In this document: in pieces, positions 8,372-17,296 of the stretch
Numbering within the stretch: position 1 is the stretch's first letter
How the letters are laid out: each line of letters begins with the position of its first letter
From: Nonlabens ponticola
GTDB taxonomy: Bacteria; Bacteroidota; Bacteroidia; Flavobacteriales; Flavobacteriaceae
Length of the DNA stretch: 32,000 nt
Direction of reading: 5' to 3'
Assembly: GCF_003966335.1 (NCBI RefSeq)
Contig: NZ_CP034549.1
Coordinates: 2,700,001 to 2,732,000, forward strand
The notes under the pieces: model-generated
Databases searched by the model: none
What the model saw: the letters and a program-made list of their open reading frames with translations, nothing else
What the model was told of the DNA's origin: nothing
Program-made: the position numbers and the translations under genes

Positions 8372-9271
8372 ATGATTTTAAGTCTCAAGAACGTTTCTAA
8401 AACGTATAGCAATGGCGTCAAAGCACTAGACGATGTAACTATCGATATCCATAACGGCATGTTTGGTTTATTAGGACCTAATGGCGCTGGTAAATCCTCA
8501 CTAATGCGCACGATAGCTACCTTGCAATCGCCTGATAGTGGTGAGATTCATCTTGAAGACATCAATGTACTGGAAGAAAAAATCGAATTCCGTAAAACGC
8601 TGGGCTACCTGCCACAAGAATTTGGCGTATATCCTAAGATGAGCGCGCAGGATTTGCTGCATTATTTTGCTAGCCTTAAAGGTATTTCAAAGAAATCAGA
8701 GCGCAACGCCATCGTTGACAAAGCGCTAGAAGTAACTAACTTGACCGAAGTAAGACACAAGCATGTAGCTGGTTATTCTGGTGGTATGAAGCAGCGTTTT
8801 GGTATTGCTCAACTTCTGCTCAATGATCCTAAACTCATCATCGTAGATGAACCTACCGCAGGTCTTGACCCAGCAGAGCGTCACCGTTTTCTCAACGTAT
8901 TGCGTGAAATAGGTACCAATCACATCGTGATATTCTCTACTCACATTGTTGATGACGTCAAGGAATTATGTACAGACATGGCCATTTTGAATGGTGGTAA
9001 AATTCTAGCACATGCGACTCCTAAGGAACTGGTTGCATCGCTTACTGGCAAAATATGGACGACCACAGTAAGCCGCGAGGAAGCAGAAAAACTACAAAAC
9101 GAAGTGAACGTTATTTCCAGCAGTTTTGACCAGGATAATAATCTCAAGGTGAGAGTTTATGGTGATAACCAGCCATCTGCCATATTCTCGCCAGCAGAAC
9201 CTACTCTTGAGGACGTGTATTTCACAACCTTGAACAGCGAGCAGCATGAAGCATTAACTGAAAACGCTTAA
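8372..9271 (+). CDS. ABC transporter ATP-binding protein (ABC-2 type)
   Basis: Walker A GPNGAGKSS, signature YSGGMKQR, Walker B LIIVDEPTAGLD and H-loop STHIV. Confidence 0.9.
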   Translation: MILSLKNVSKTYSNGVKALDDVTIDIHNGMFGLLGPNGAGKSSLMRTIATLQSPDSGEIHLEDINVLEEKIEFRKTLGYLPQEFGVYPKMSAQDLLHYFASLKGISKKSERNAIVDKALEVTNLTEVRHKHVAGYSGGMKQRFGIAQLLLNDPKLIIVDEPTAGLDPAERHRFLNVLREIGTNHIVIFSTHIVDDVKELCTDMAILNGGKILAHATPKELVASLTGKIWTTTVSREEAEKLQNEVNVISSSFDQDNNLKVRVYGDNQPSAIFSPAEPTLEDVYFTTLNSEQHEALTENA

Positions 9272-9273
9272 TC

Positions 9274-12200
9274 ATGTTTGCAACCATTTTTACCCACGAG
9301 ATCAAAACATGGTTTAAGAAACCTATGTTTTACATTTATACAGCGGTCGTTTTTTTATTGGCGCTTCTTCTATCTGCATCTGCAGTTGGTGTTTTTGACA
9401 GTGATAATGTCACGGTCACCGCTGCTATTAAATTGAATAGCGCCGTAGGTATTTACGGTACCGTTGGCGTTTTTGCTTTGATCACCTATCTACTGATTCC
9501 ATCAATAATTGGTGGTACGATTCAGCGTGATTTTTCCAACAACATGCACAATGTCTTGTATTCCTATCCGCTGACAAGGATTAGTTATTTGCTAGCAAAA
9601 TTCAGCGCAGGAATGTTGATCACTTTACTGGTCATCGTTTGTAGTGTGTTAGGATTGACATTAGGATATTATTTACCAGGAGCTAACGAGGCCTTGGTAG
9701 GTCCTTTTGAGATCATGAATTACTTACAGCCATTCTTGATTTACATCATTCCTAATGTATTCTTTTATGGCATTATCGTATTTTCTGTAACGGCATTCCT
9801 GCGTAATATCAATATTGGTTTTATGGTGGTGTTGATTATCATCATTGCTCAAGCCACGGCTGGTAGTTATTCCCAAACTATGGATGACACCTACTGGCTA
9901 GAATTATTGGAACCTACAGGTGATATTGCGACCCTTGAAAAAATAAAATACTGGACTCCAGAAGAACAAAGCAATCTACTTATTCCTGTCGAGGGCACCT
10001 TGCTCTACAATCGTATCATCTGGCTAGGGTTCTCTATTCTGGTGTTTGTGGGCTTACTCTTTAGCTTCAACTTTTCACAGTCTGCGACTGGCATTAGACT
10101 TAGAAAGTCTAATGGCCTACGAGTGACAAAAGCCAACTTCAGCACGCTACAACGTGTGGTGATGCCTAAGGTGACTCAGGATTTCAGCTTTTTCTCGCAG
10201 CTCAAGACTTCTTGGGTACTTGCCAAAGCTGATCTGAAATACATCATCACGGCCTATCCGTTTATTATAATTACGGTGATTGCGTTTGCCTTTTCATTAG
10301 TTACCATGCTGGCGACTGGTCAGGTATTTGGAACTGATATCCTGCCTAAGACCTGGTTGATGCTGCAATTTGTCACCGGTATTTACACCTTATTCATATA
10401 CTTCCTCGTGTTTTTATACGGTGGTTTGATCATGGATCGTGCTCGCGCAGCACACCTGAGCCAGATCATGGATGCAACGCCTACCAGCAATTGGGCGATA
10501 TTGCTGTCTAAGTTCATAGCCTTGGTCCTTATGGTATTCACGCTGCTATTCATCGTGATGCTCAGCGGTATATTCATACAGACCTACAATGGGTTTACTG
10601 AGTATCAAATACCACTGTATTTGTTTGATCTATACGTGGTCAACAGTTGGAATTTCCTGCCGTGGATATTTTTGACCTTATTCGTACACACACTCATCAA
10701 GAACAAATGGTTGGGCTTGATTGCGCTAGTAATTTTTGCCGTTGGCGTGCCTTTCTTGTTAGACGCCATAGGTGTTGAGCAAGCACAATTTAGATTCAAT
10801 CAAGGTGGTGGCTCGCCATCGCATAGTGATATGAATGGTTATGGATTTGCCTTGCCTCGATACTATTTCTATAAATTGTATTGGCTAGCATTGGGCATCG
10901 CCTTGTTTGTGATGGCTTTATTATTCTATAGACGTGGTATGAGCACTGGTGTTGGTGAACGTTTTGCTTTCGCGAAAGCGAGATTAACCACATCAAAGCT
11001 AACATCATTAATTGCCTCACTGGTGGTATTCCTAGCCATAGGAAGCTACATCTGGTATGTCAACAATATTGAGAACGAGGTTATGACCGGCAAGGAACGT
11101 GAATTGCTACAGGTCAATTTTGAAAAGGAACTGGGTCAGTTTGCTAATGCACCACAGCCGCAAACAGTGGCGATCAATACCTTTATCGATATATTCCCTG
11201 AATCACGAGATTTCAAGGCTGGAGCTACCTACACGCTGGTCAATAGGACTGATGTTGCCATTGATACGCTGCATGTAAATTATCCGGATCGCCCTACAGA
11301 AATTGAAATAAGCCGCGCTAGCAAGGTGGTTTATGACGATGAAGATTTTGATTACCGTATGTATGAATTTGAACAAGCATTGCAGCCAGGCGATACGATT
11401 GAATTTAAATTCAATACATGGAACGAGCCTAACACGTGGCTAGAGAACAACTCGCCAGTTCAAGAGAATGGAACCTTCATTAACAACGGTATTTTCCCAT
11501 CCATCGGGTACAACGAGCAGGTAGAGATACGCAACACACAGGTACGTGAGAAATATGACCTACCACCCAAGGATCGATTACCGGCGCCTATGATTCCTGG
11601 TGTGCAGGATCGCAACTATCTAGGTCCTAACGCACACTGGATAGATTTTGAAGCAACGGTAAGCACAGCGCCAGATCAAATTGCTATTGCACCAGGTTAT
11701 CTTACCAAGGAATGGGAAGAAGATGGTCGTCGTTATTTCCATTATAAAATGGATTCCAAAATGCTGAATTTCTACGCGTTTTTGAGCGGTAGATATGAAG
11801 TCCTGAAAGATCAGCACAATGGTGTAGCACTAGAGATTTACCATCATCCAGCACATACCTACAACATTGACCGTATGATGAATGGACTCAAGGAAGGTCT
11901 GGACTACTACAATGAGAATTTTACACCTTACCAGCATAGGCAGGCTCGTATTATAGAGTTTCCTAGAACGGCTGGTACCTTTGCCCAGGCATTTCCTAAC
12001 ACCATACCTTTTAGTGAAGGCATAGGATTCATTGCAGATGTTGATGACGAGAGCAATGACGATGTGGATTATCCATTTAGCGTGACGGCTCACGAGCTGG
12101 CACACCAGTGGTTTGCACACCAGATCGTTGGTGCAAATGCTAAAGGTGCTACCCTACTTTCTGAAAGTCTGTCAGAATACAGCAGCTTGCGTGTACTCGA

Positions 12201-12942
12201 GAAAACTCGTGGTATGGCAGACTTGCGCAACTTCTTGAAAGACGCTATGGATACCTACTTGCAGGGCGGCACAACAGAGCAGATAGGTGAAAATCCGTTG
12301 ATGTATAATGAGAATCAGCAGTACATCCATTACCAGAAAGGTTCATTGGTTTTATATGCCATGAGCGACTATCTAGGCGAGGACAAATTCAATGGTGTGG
12401 TCAAGGATTTTCTAGAAAAATACAAATTTCAAGGAGCACCGTATCCACTCGCGACCGAGTTTGTTGAGGATATAAAGACAGTTACTCCTGATAGTTTGCA
12501 GTATCTAGTCACTGATATGTTTGAGACCATCACGCTGTATGATAACAAGGTCAAAAAAGCTACTTATACAGAAAATAGCGATGGGTCTTATGATGTGAAT
12601 ATCAATGCCTATATCTCAAAATACCGTCGCGGTCCTAAAGGTAAATTCAAGTATGCCGGACAGCAAGGCGACAGCTTGACCTTTACTCCGGATGGTAAAA
12701 AGACCGCTATTAAATCCTTACCATTGGCAGACTATATTGAGATAGGCGTTTTTGGTGAGAATGATGAAGATACCAATGAGCCTGAGGTACTCTACCTAGA
12801 AAAGGTAAGGGTAGATCAAATTGATAACGATTTTAGTGTTCGCGTCATGAATAAACCGGTCGAGGCTGGTGTGGATCCTTACAATAAATTGATTGATCGC
12901 ATTATTGATGACAATCGCAGGAACGTTACTGAGAGTGAATAG
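9274..12942 (+). CDS. Fusion protein: ABC-2-type permease (about 12 TM segments, aa 1 to ~600) plus M1-family gluzincin peptidase domain
   Basis: The start lies 2 nt after the ATPase stop. There are two blocks of about 6 hydrophobic helices each. The C-terminal soluble region has HELAH at 12091..12105, followed 19 residues later by a Glu (SESLSEY). The canonical GAMEN exopeptidase motif is not evident; the nearest equivalent is IPFSEG. Confidence 0.8.
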   Translation: MFATIFTHEIKTWFKKPMFYIYTAVVFLLALLLSASAVGVFDSDNVTVTAAIKLNSAVGIYGTVGVFALITYLLIPSIIGGTIQRDFSNNMHNVLYSYPLTRISYLLAKFSAGMLITLLVIVCSVLGLTLGYYLPGANEALVGPFEIMNYLQPFLIYIIPNVFFYGIIVFSVTAFLRNINIGFMVVLIIIIAQATAGSYSQTMDDTYWLELLEPTGDIATLEKIKYWTPEEQSNLLIPVEGTLLYNRIIWLGFSILVFVGLLFSFNFSQSATGIRLRKSNGLRVTKANFSTLQRVVMPKVTQDFSFFSQLKTSWVLAKADLKYIITAYPFIIITVIAFAFSLVTMLATGQVFGTDILPKTWLMLQFVTGIYTLFIYFLVFLYGGLIMDRARAAHLSQIMDATPTSNWAILLSKFIALVLMVFTLLFIVMLSGIFIQTYNGFTEYQIPLYLFDLYVVNSWNFLPWIFLTLFVHTLIKNKWLGLIALVIFAVGVPFLLDAIGVEQAQFRFNQGGGSPSHSDMNGYGFALPRYYFYKLYWLALGIALFVMALLFYRRGMSTGVGERFAFAKARLTTSKLTSLIASLVVFLAIGSYIWYVNNIENEVMTGKERELLQVNFEKELGQFANAPQPQTVAINTFIDIFPESRDFKAGATYTLVNRTDVAIDTLHVNYPDRPTEIEISRASKVVYDDEDFDYRMYEFEQALQPGDTIEFKFNTWNEPNTWLENNSPVQENGTFINNGIFPSIGYNEQVEIRNTQVREKYDLPPKDRLPAPMIPGVQDRNYLGPNAHWIDFEATVSTAPDQIAIAPGYLTKEWEEDGRRYFHYKMDSKMLNFYAFLSGRYEVLKDQHNGVALEIYHHPAHTYNIDRMMNGLKEGLDYYNENFTPYQHRQARIIEFPRTAGTFAQAFPNTIPFSEGIGFIADVDDESNDDVDYPFSVTAHELAHQWFAHQIVGANAKGATLLSESLSEYSSLRVLEKTRGMADLRNFLKDAMDTYLQGGTTEQIGENPLMYNENQQYIHYQKGSLVLYAMSDYLGEDKFNGVVKDFLEKYKFQGAPYPLATEFVEDIKTVTPDSLQYLVTDMFETITLYDNKVKKATYTENSDGSYDVNINAYISKYRRGPKGKFKYAGQQGDSLTFTPDGKKTAIKSLPLADYIEIGVFGENDEDTNEPEVLYLEKVRVDQIDNDFSVRVMNKPVEAGVDPYNKLIDRIIDDNRRNVTESE
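10966..10979. repeat. GCTTTCGCGAAAGC palindrome, copy 3 (inside the permease-M1 gene)
   Basis: Read directly. Translated as A-F-A-K-A. Confidence 0.95.
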
Positions 12943-12965
12943 AGATCTATAGAATCTTTCAATTC

Positions 12966-12994
12966 AAGCCACGGTCAACAGCCGTGGCTTTTTT
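12966..12994 (+). terminator. Rho-independent terminator after the ABC/M1 operon
   Basis: 9-bp stem aagccacgg / ccgtggctt with a 7-nt loop, followed by a T-run (tttttt). Confidence 0.75.
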
Positions 12995-13059
12995 ATGTCG
13001 CCTGTTAATATTTTCAATGAAATGACCATAACCTGCATTGCTGCCATTACCTTTAAAAC

Positions 13060-14487
13060 ATGAAGGTATTATTGACAGGTGCAAACGGTTACATAGGTGT
13101 ACGATTACTTTATGAGCTACTCAAAGCAGATCATGAAGTAGTTTGCGCCGTGCGCAGCGCCTCTCGCCTATCTGTTCCTGACGAGATCAAGGAACAAATC
13201 GAGATCATAGAAATTGATTTTCTCAAGCCGCCTAAGATTAATCCGATACCGCAGGATGTTGATGCGGCTTATTACTTGATCCATTCCATGACTAGCAGCA
13301 CCAGCTCATTTGATCAAATGGAAGCTGATAGTGCCAACAAATTTGTTGAACTGATTCAAGAAACATCATGCAGGCAGATCATTTACTTATCAGGAATTGT
13401 CAATCAAGAACAACTTAGTAAGCATTTGCTTTCGCGAAAGCGTGTTGAAGAAATACTATGTGCAAGCAAAATACCTTGTACGGTATTAAGGGCTGGAATT
13501 ATCGTGGGTAGCGGCAGCTCCTCTTTTGAGATTATACGTGATTTGTGCGAGAAATTACCCGTCATGATCACTCCAAAATGGGTCAATACGAAGACGCATC
13601 CGATTGCCATACGCAATGTGATGAGTTTTCTAGTAGGCGTTTTAGGAAGAGACGATTGCTTGAATGAGAGTTATGATATAGGCGGCAAGGACGTGCTAAG
13701 CTACAAGCAAATGATGCAGCAATATGCCAAAAACAGAAAGCTAAATCTATCCATCATCACGGTTCCTGTGATGACGCCTAAACTGAGTTCCTACTGGTTA
13801 TATTTTGTCACCAGTACTTCTTATAAACTAGCCACTAACCTTGTGGACAGCATGGCCGTTGAAGTCATCGCCAAAAACAATGATCTAGCAGATCGATTAG
13901 GTATCCAACTTTACACTTATCATGAAGCACTCAACATGGCTTTTGCCAAAATTGAGCAGAATAACGTTGCCAGCAGCTGGAAAGATTCTATGGTAAGCGG
14001 TAGGTTCAAACGCAATCTCAATAAATTCAAGAAAGTACCTACCTATGGATGTTTAAAGGATGCCCAAACCCAAAAAACCGATAACCCTCAAGAAGCGCTA
14101 CAGCGCATATGGTCCATAGGTGGCGATAATGGATATTACTACGCTAATTTCCTGTGGAAAATACGCGGCTATGTGGACAAACTAGCTGGTGGCGTTGGCC
14201 TAAGACGTGGTCGCACCAATCAGGACAAAATCTATGCTGGTGACTCGCTGGACTTTTGGCGTGTGCTGGTAGCCGATAAGGAAGAAAAAAGACTGTTGCT
14301 TTTTGCTGAAATGCGCGTTCCTGGCGAGGCCTGGCTAGAGTTTGAAATTGATGAAGACAACGTCGTACATCAAACAGCCACCTTCAGACCTCGCGGATTG
14401 ACTGGTAGGTTGTATTGGTACAGCATGTTACCATTCCACTATTTTATTTTTAATGGAATGATTAGGCATATTGCTACTGGGAAGTGA
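13060..14487 (+). CDS. NAD(P)-binding SDR-family protein with a DUF2867-like C-terminal domain
   Basis: Rossmann motif LLTGANGYIGVRL at the N terminus. The C-terminal part (..FWRVL.., LLFAEMRVPGEAWLEFEI) resembles DUF2867. Confidence 0.7.
   Translation: MKVLLTGANGYIGVRLLYELLKADHEVVCAVRSASRLSVPDEIKEQIEIIEIDFLKPPKINPIPQDVDAAYYLIHSMTSSTSSFDQMEADSANKFVELIQETSCRQIIYLSGIVNQEQLSKHLLSRKRVEEILCASKIPCTVLRAGIIVGSGSSSFEIIRDLCEKLPVMITPKWVNTKTHPIAIRNVMSFLVGVLGRDDCLNESYDIGGKDVLSYKQMMQQYAKNRKLNLSIITVPVMTPKLSSYWLYFVTSTSYKLATNLVDSMAVEVIAKNNDLADRLGIQLYTYHEALNMAFAKIEQNNVASSWKDSMVSGRFKRNLNKFKKVPTYGCLKDAQTQKTDNPQEALQRIWSIGGDNGYYYANFLWKIRGYVDKLAGGVGLRRGRTNQDKIYAGDSLDFWRVLVADKEEKRLLLFAEMRVPGEAWLEFEIDEDNVVHQTATFRPRGLTGRLYWYSMLPFHYFIFNGMIRHIATGK
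13428..13441. repeat. GCTTTCGCGAAAGC palindrome, copy 4 (inside the SDR gene)
   Basis: Read directly. Translated as L-L-S-R-K-R. Confidence 0.95.
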
Positions 14488-14505
14488 TCTTTTAGTTATC
14501 AGGAA

Positions 14506-15201
14506 TTAGTTATACTCAATTGAAGTCCAAGGTTGCGAATCAAAATCGATATAGAAATATCGAATAATGTCGCTGTTTTGGAATAGTCCATCATCATTCG
14601 AATCTTCAACAGTTCTATAATAAACCCGATTTTCAGCTTTTATATATTTCCAATCTATGAGCTCTTCATTTTCTGGCGAGATCCGATGAAAATTTCTACC
14701 ATCTGAATTGCTTAAATACAAACTTTTCAAATCATCAGTTTCAATGGATTGATCTCCATTTGAGTCTGAGTCATAAACTGTATAAAGGAAATATGAGCCT
14801 TGGTTTTGTGCCTCCACGGGTTTCAAATAACTGAATGAACTAATCAAAACTACTTCATTCGTCAAATCAGTGATCTCGTCAGTGTCAACCTTTTGAAATT
14901 TCATATTATAAATTTTTCCGCTGAAACCTCCGTCATAGGAATTAACAAGGGAAAATTGGAAACGTGACACACTAGATTCTGAACTCATGTAAGAAGACCG
15001 GTAGCCACCTGCCGTCGGCTCACCTACTACATGAATAATATGATCTAAGCTATCTATTTCAATTGGTAAATCCTGAAGAATAGTCAAAGAAGTATCTCGG
15101 ACGACTTTGGTTTCATGTTCCTGTTTGGTTTTCGTCTTCTCGTCACATGAAGTAAGAGTTATTATAATCGCCGTGATCATCATTGCAAATAGACATCTCA
15201 T
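14506..15201 (-). CDS. Hypothetical lipoprotein with Asp-rich EF-hand-like loops
   Basis: Lipobox ..IITLTSC. Loops DSDSNGDQSIET and DSNDDGLFQNSD resemble DxDxDG calcium-binding loops. Confidence 0.55.
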   Translation of the reverse strand: MRCLFAMMITAIIITLTSCDEKTKTKQEHETKVVRDTSLTILQDLPIEIDSLDHIIHVVGEPTAGGYRSSYMSSESSVSRFQFSLVNSYDGGFSGKIYNMKFQKVDTDEITDLTNEVVLISSFSYLKPVEAQNQGSYFLYTVYDSDSNGDQSIETDDLKSLYLSNSDGRNFHRISPENEELIDWKYIKAENRVYYRTVEDSNDDGLFQNSDIIRYFYIDFDSQPWTSIEYN

Positions 15202-15243
15202 GTGCTAGAATCATTTTTAATTAATAGGCAGCAATATAATTGA

Positions 15244-16185
15244 TTATCTCCTAGGCAAGAAAACCTCAGCCATCATACAGCGCACGCTGCCGCCGCCTAA
15301 AGTTTCAATGGTTTTGATATCTGGATGGATGATCTCGTTGAACTTCTCTAGTTGTTTAATTTGGTTTTGATCTAGTGAGTTGTAGGCTTGATCGCTCATG
15401 ACCAGAAACTTCTTGCCAGTGGCATTTTTGACCTGGATCATATTGCCAGCAAATGCATTTACTTGATCTTCTGTAATGGCTACCACATGCTTACCATCTG
15501 CTTTTAAATGTTTTAAGACGTTCTTGCGTTGTTTTTTCTCATCAATACAGTCTAGACAGATTACCGCAAACTCCTCGCCTAGCGCCATCATGACGTTAGT
15601 GTGATAGATAGGTAGGCGCTTGTTATCTACCGTTTGATATGCGGTAAAAATGACTGGTGTGTATTCAAAATCTTCACAGAATTCGATCAACAAGTCTTCA
15701 TCGGCTCGCGGTGAGATGCTGCAGTAGGCTTTTTCATTGACGCGGTCCAGCAGCAAGCTGCCTGTTCCTTCTAGAAAAACGTCTTCATCTTCGGCACTGG
15801 TGTAATCGACGATGTTGTTGATTTGGAATCCTTCTTCCTCTAGCCTATCCAGTACCTCAGGTCTGCGTTCTAGTCTACGGTTTTCGGCAAACATGGGATA
15901 GAGCACTGCATCTCCATTGGCATGTGTAGACAACCAGTTGTTGGGGAAAATACTGTCAGGAGTATCGTGTTTATCATCATCACTTACAATGATAACGTTG
16001 ATGCCTTTTACTTGTAACGCTTTCGCGAAAGCGTCAAACTCATCCTGCGCCCTGCTGTTTGCAGTTGCATCCTTGATTTCCTGATGAAAATCTTGATCCT
16101 GGTAATAATTATTGACGGCAGTTTCTTCATTTAAACGGAACTGCACGGGACGCACCATGAGAATGGTATCGGTAATTTGACTCAT
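15244..16185 (-). CDS. ctlX: Guanidino-group-modifying superfamily hydrolase, CtlX-like (citrulline utilisation / arginine deiminase-related)
   Basis: N terminus ILMVRPVQFRLNEETAVNNYYQ and C-terminal catalytic-Cys motif GGGSVRCMMAEVF are typical of the COG4874/CtlX family. Confidence 0.6.
   Translation of the reverse strand: MSQITDTILMVRPVQFRLNEETAVNNYYQDQDFHQEIKDATANSRAQDEFDAFAKALQVKGINVIIVSDDDKHDTPDSIFPNNWLSTHANGDAVLYPMFAENRRLERRPEVLDRLEEEGFQINNIVDYTSAEDEDVFLEGTGSLLLDRVNEKAYCSISPRADEDLLIEFCEDFEYTPVIFTAYQTVDNKRLPIYHTNVMMALGEEFAVICLDCIDEKKQRKNVLKHLKADGKHVVAITEDQVNAFAGNMIQVKNATGKKFLVMSDQAYNSLDQNQIKQLEKFNEIIHPDIKTIETLGGGSVRCMMAEVFLPRR
16019..16032. repeat. GCTTTCGCGAAAGC palindrome, copy 5 (inside the ctlX-like gene; palindrome extends to 18 nt, 16017..16034)
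   Basis: Read directly. Translated on the minus strand as A-F-A-K-A. Confidence 0.95.
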
Positions 16186-17106
16186 TTAATCTCTGATTAA
16201 GGGTAAGGTAGAACAGCGCAACAGGCCTTCCTGCTTGGCGATCTCAGCATAGGGAACTTCTTCTACGGTGATGTTGTGTGAACGCAGCCAGTCATTCAAT
16301 CTTGTAAATCCACGTTCTGAAATGACGACATCTGGAGCGATAGAAAAGATGTTGGAATTCATGTGGTACATCTCATCTTTGGTGAGTTCAAAGCAGTTTT
16401 GCTTGCCAAAAAGATCTACCAAGAACTCATACTCTTCTTCTTCAAGAAAACCATTGCGATGAATGATGCACTTGTTGTGACCAACAGGCTGGAAACAACA
16501 ATCCAGGTGCAAAGCATTGTCTCTCGCAACTTCGTTAGACTTGCGCAGATTAAAACTGACAACTTTTTTATTTGGGAACGTTTTTTCTAACCATTCAACC
16601 GCTTGAACATTGGTACGAGCAGTAATGAAATTAGGATAATCATCGCCGCGATAAGTACCTACAAAAATGTAATCGTTGTGCACCATAACGTCGCCACCTT
16701 CTACATGAACTTCTTCTGGTGGTTTGATGATTTTGCTAGGATCGATCTTATTAAGAATATGCTGAATCGCCTCTATTTCCTGATCACGATCTGGCAGGAT
16801 ATTAGACTTGACAAATGTATCACCGATCACGAAGCCTATATCTCTAGTAAAAATCTGGTTGTAATCCTGAATCTGTACTGGCGAGAAGATCGCCACATCA
16901 TACTTTGATAGGACAGCTGCAACATGTGCCATCTCGATAATCATATCTGGATTTTGAGGATAAGTTCCTGCGGCAATATGCTCTCGTGATTTTGGGTCAT
17001 AGGCTTCTTCAAGACTAGGCGCAGCACCATTGCTCATGGCGGTTCCTAGAATGACGGCTCGCAGCCTGGCAGTCTCATTAGGTATGTGTAAATCGATTTT
17101 ATCCAT
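16186..17106 (-). CDS. Dimethylarginine dimethylaminohydrolase / amidinotransferase-family protein
   Basis: About 300 aa with motifs of the same superfamily (..ALHLDCCFQPV.., C-terminal EGLLRCSTLPL with a nucleophile Cys). Its stop directly abuts the start of the downstream ctlX-like gene with zero gap. Confidence 0.6.
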   Translation of the reverse strand: MDKIDLHIPNETARLRAVILGTAMSNGAAPSLEEAYDPKSREHIAAGTYPQNPDMIIEMAHVAAVLSKYDVAIFSPVQIQDYNQIFTRDIGFVIGDTFVKSNILPDRDQEIEAIQHILNKIDPSKIIKPPEEVHVEGGDVMVHNDYIFVGTYRGDDYPNFITARTNVQAVEWLEKTFPNKKVVSFNLRKSNEVARDNALHLDCCFQPVGHNKCIIHRNGFLEEEEYEFLVDLFGKQNCFELTKDEMYHMNSNIFSIAPDVVISERGFTRLNDWLRSHNITVEEVPYAEIAKQEGLLRCSTLPLIRD

Positions 17107-17264
17107 GTAGCGAATTTACCACTTAACCCAATTCTTATGAGAATCAAATAAGATCTCTGACAAGTGAGTTTTCAACGATTTAAGAGCATGACATATTTAA
17201 AGTTTCTGTTTAAAAGTTGAGGCATATATTTCATGGACACAAAACTGATGAGCTACCTAGATCG

Positions 17265-17272
17265 TACTTTTG
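17265..17272 (+). promoter_or_regulatory. Bacteroidetes -7 promoter element (TACTTTTG) for the DUF4198-HupE operon
   Basis: Exact TAnnTTTG match, 24 nt upstream of the ATG at 17297. Confidence 0.45.
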
Positions 17273-17296
17273 GCATCCAACAATAACCTGATATTC

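Noticed and set aside
12995-13063. A 22-codon upstream ORF whose stop overlaps the SDR gene start (ATGA).
   Set aside because: Its ATG lies immediately after the T-run of the upstream terminator and ahead of the likely promoter element (13048-13055). It is most likely chance.
17131-17144. Short inverted repeat ATTCTtatgAGAAT between the divergent DDAH-like and DUF4198 operons, considered as a possible metal-regulator box.
   Set aside because: The arms are only 5 bp, the tract is AT-rich, and it does not resemble the Fur, Zur or NikR consensus sequences I know. It is indistinguishable from chance.
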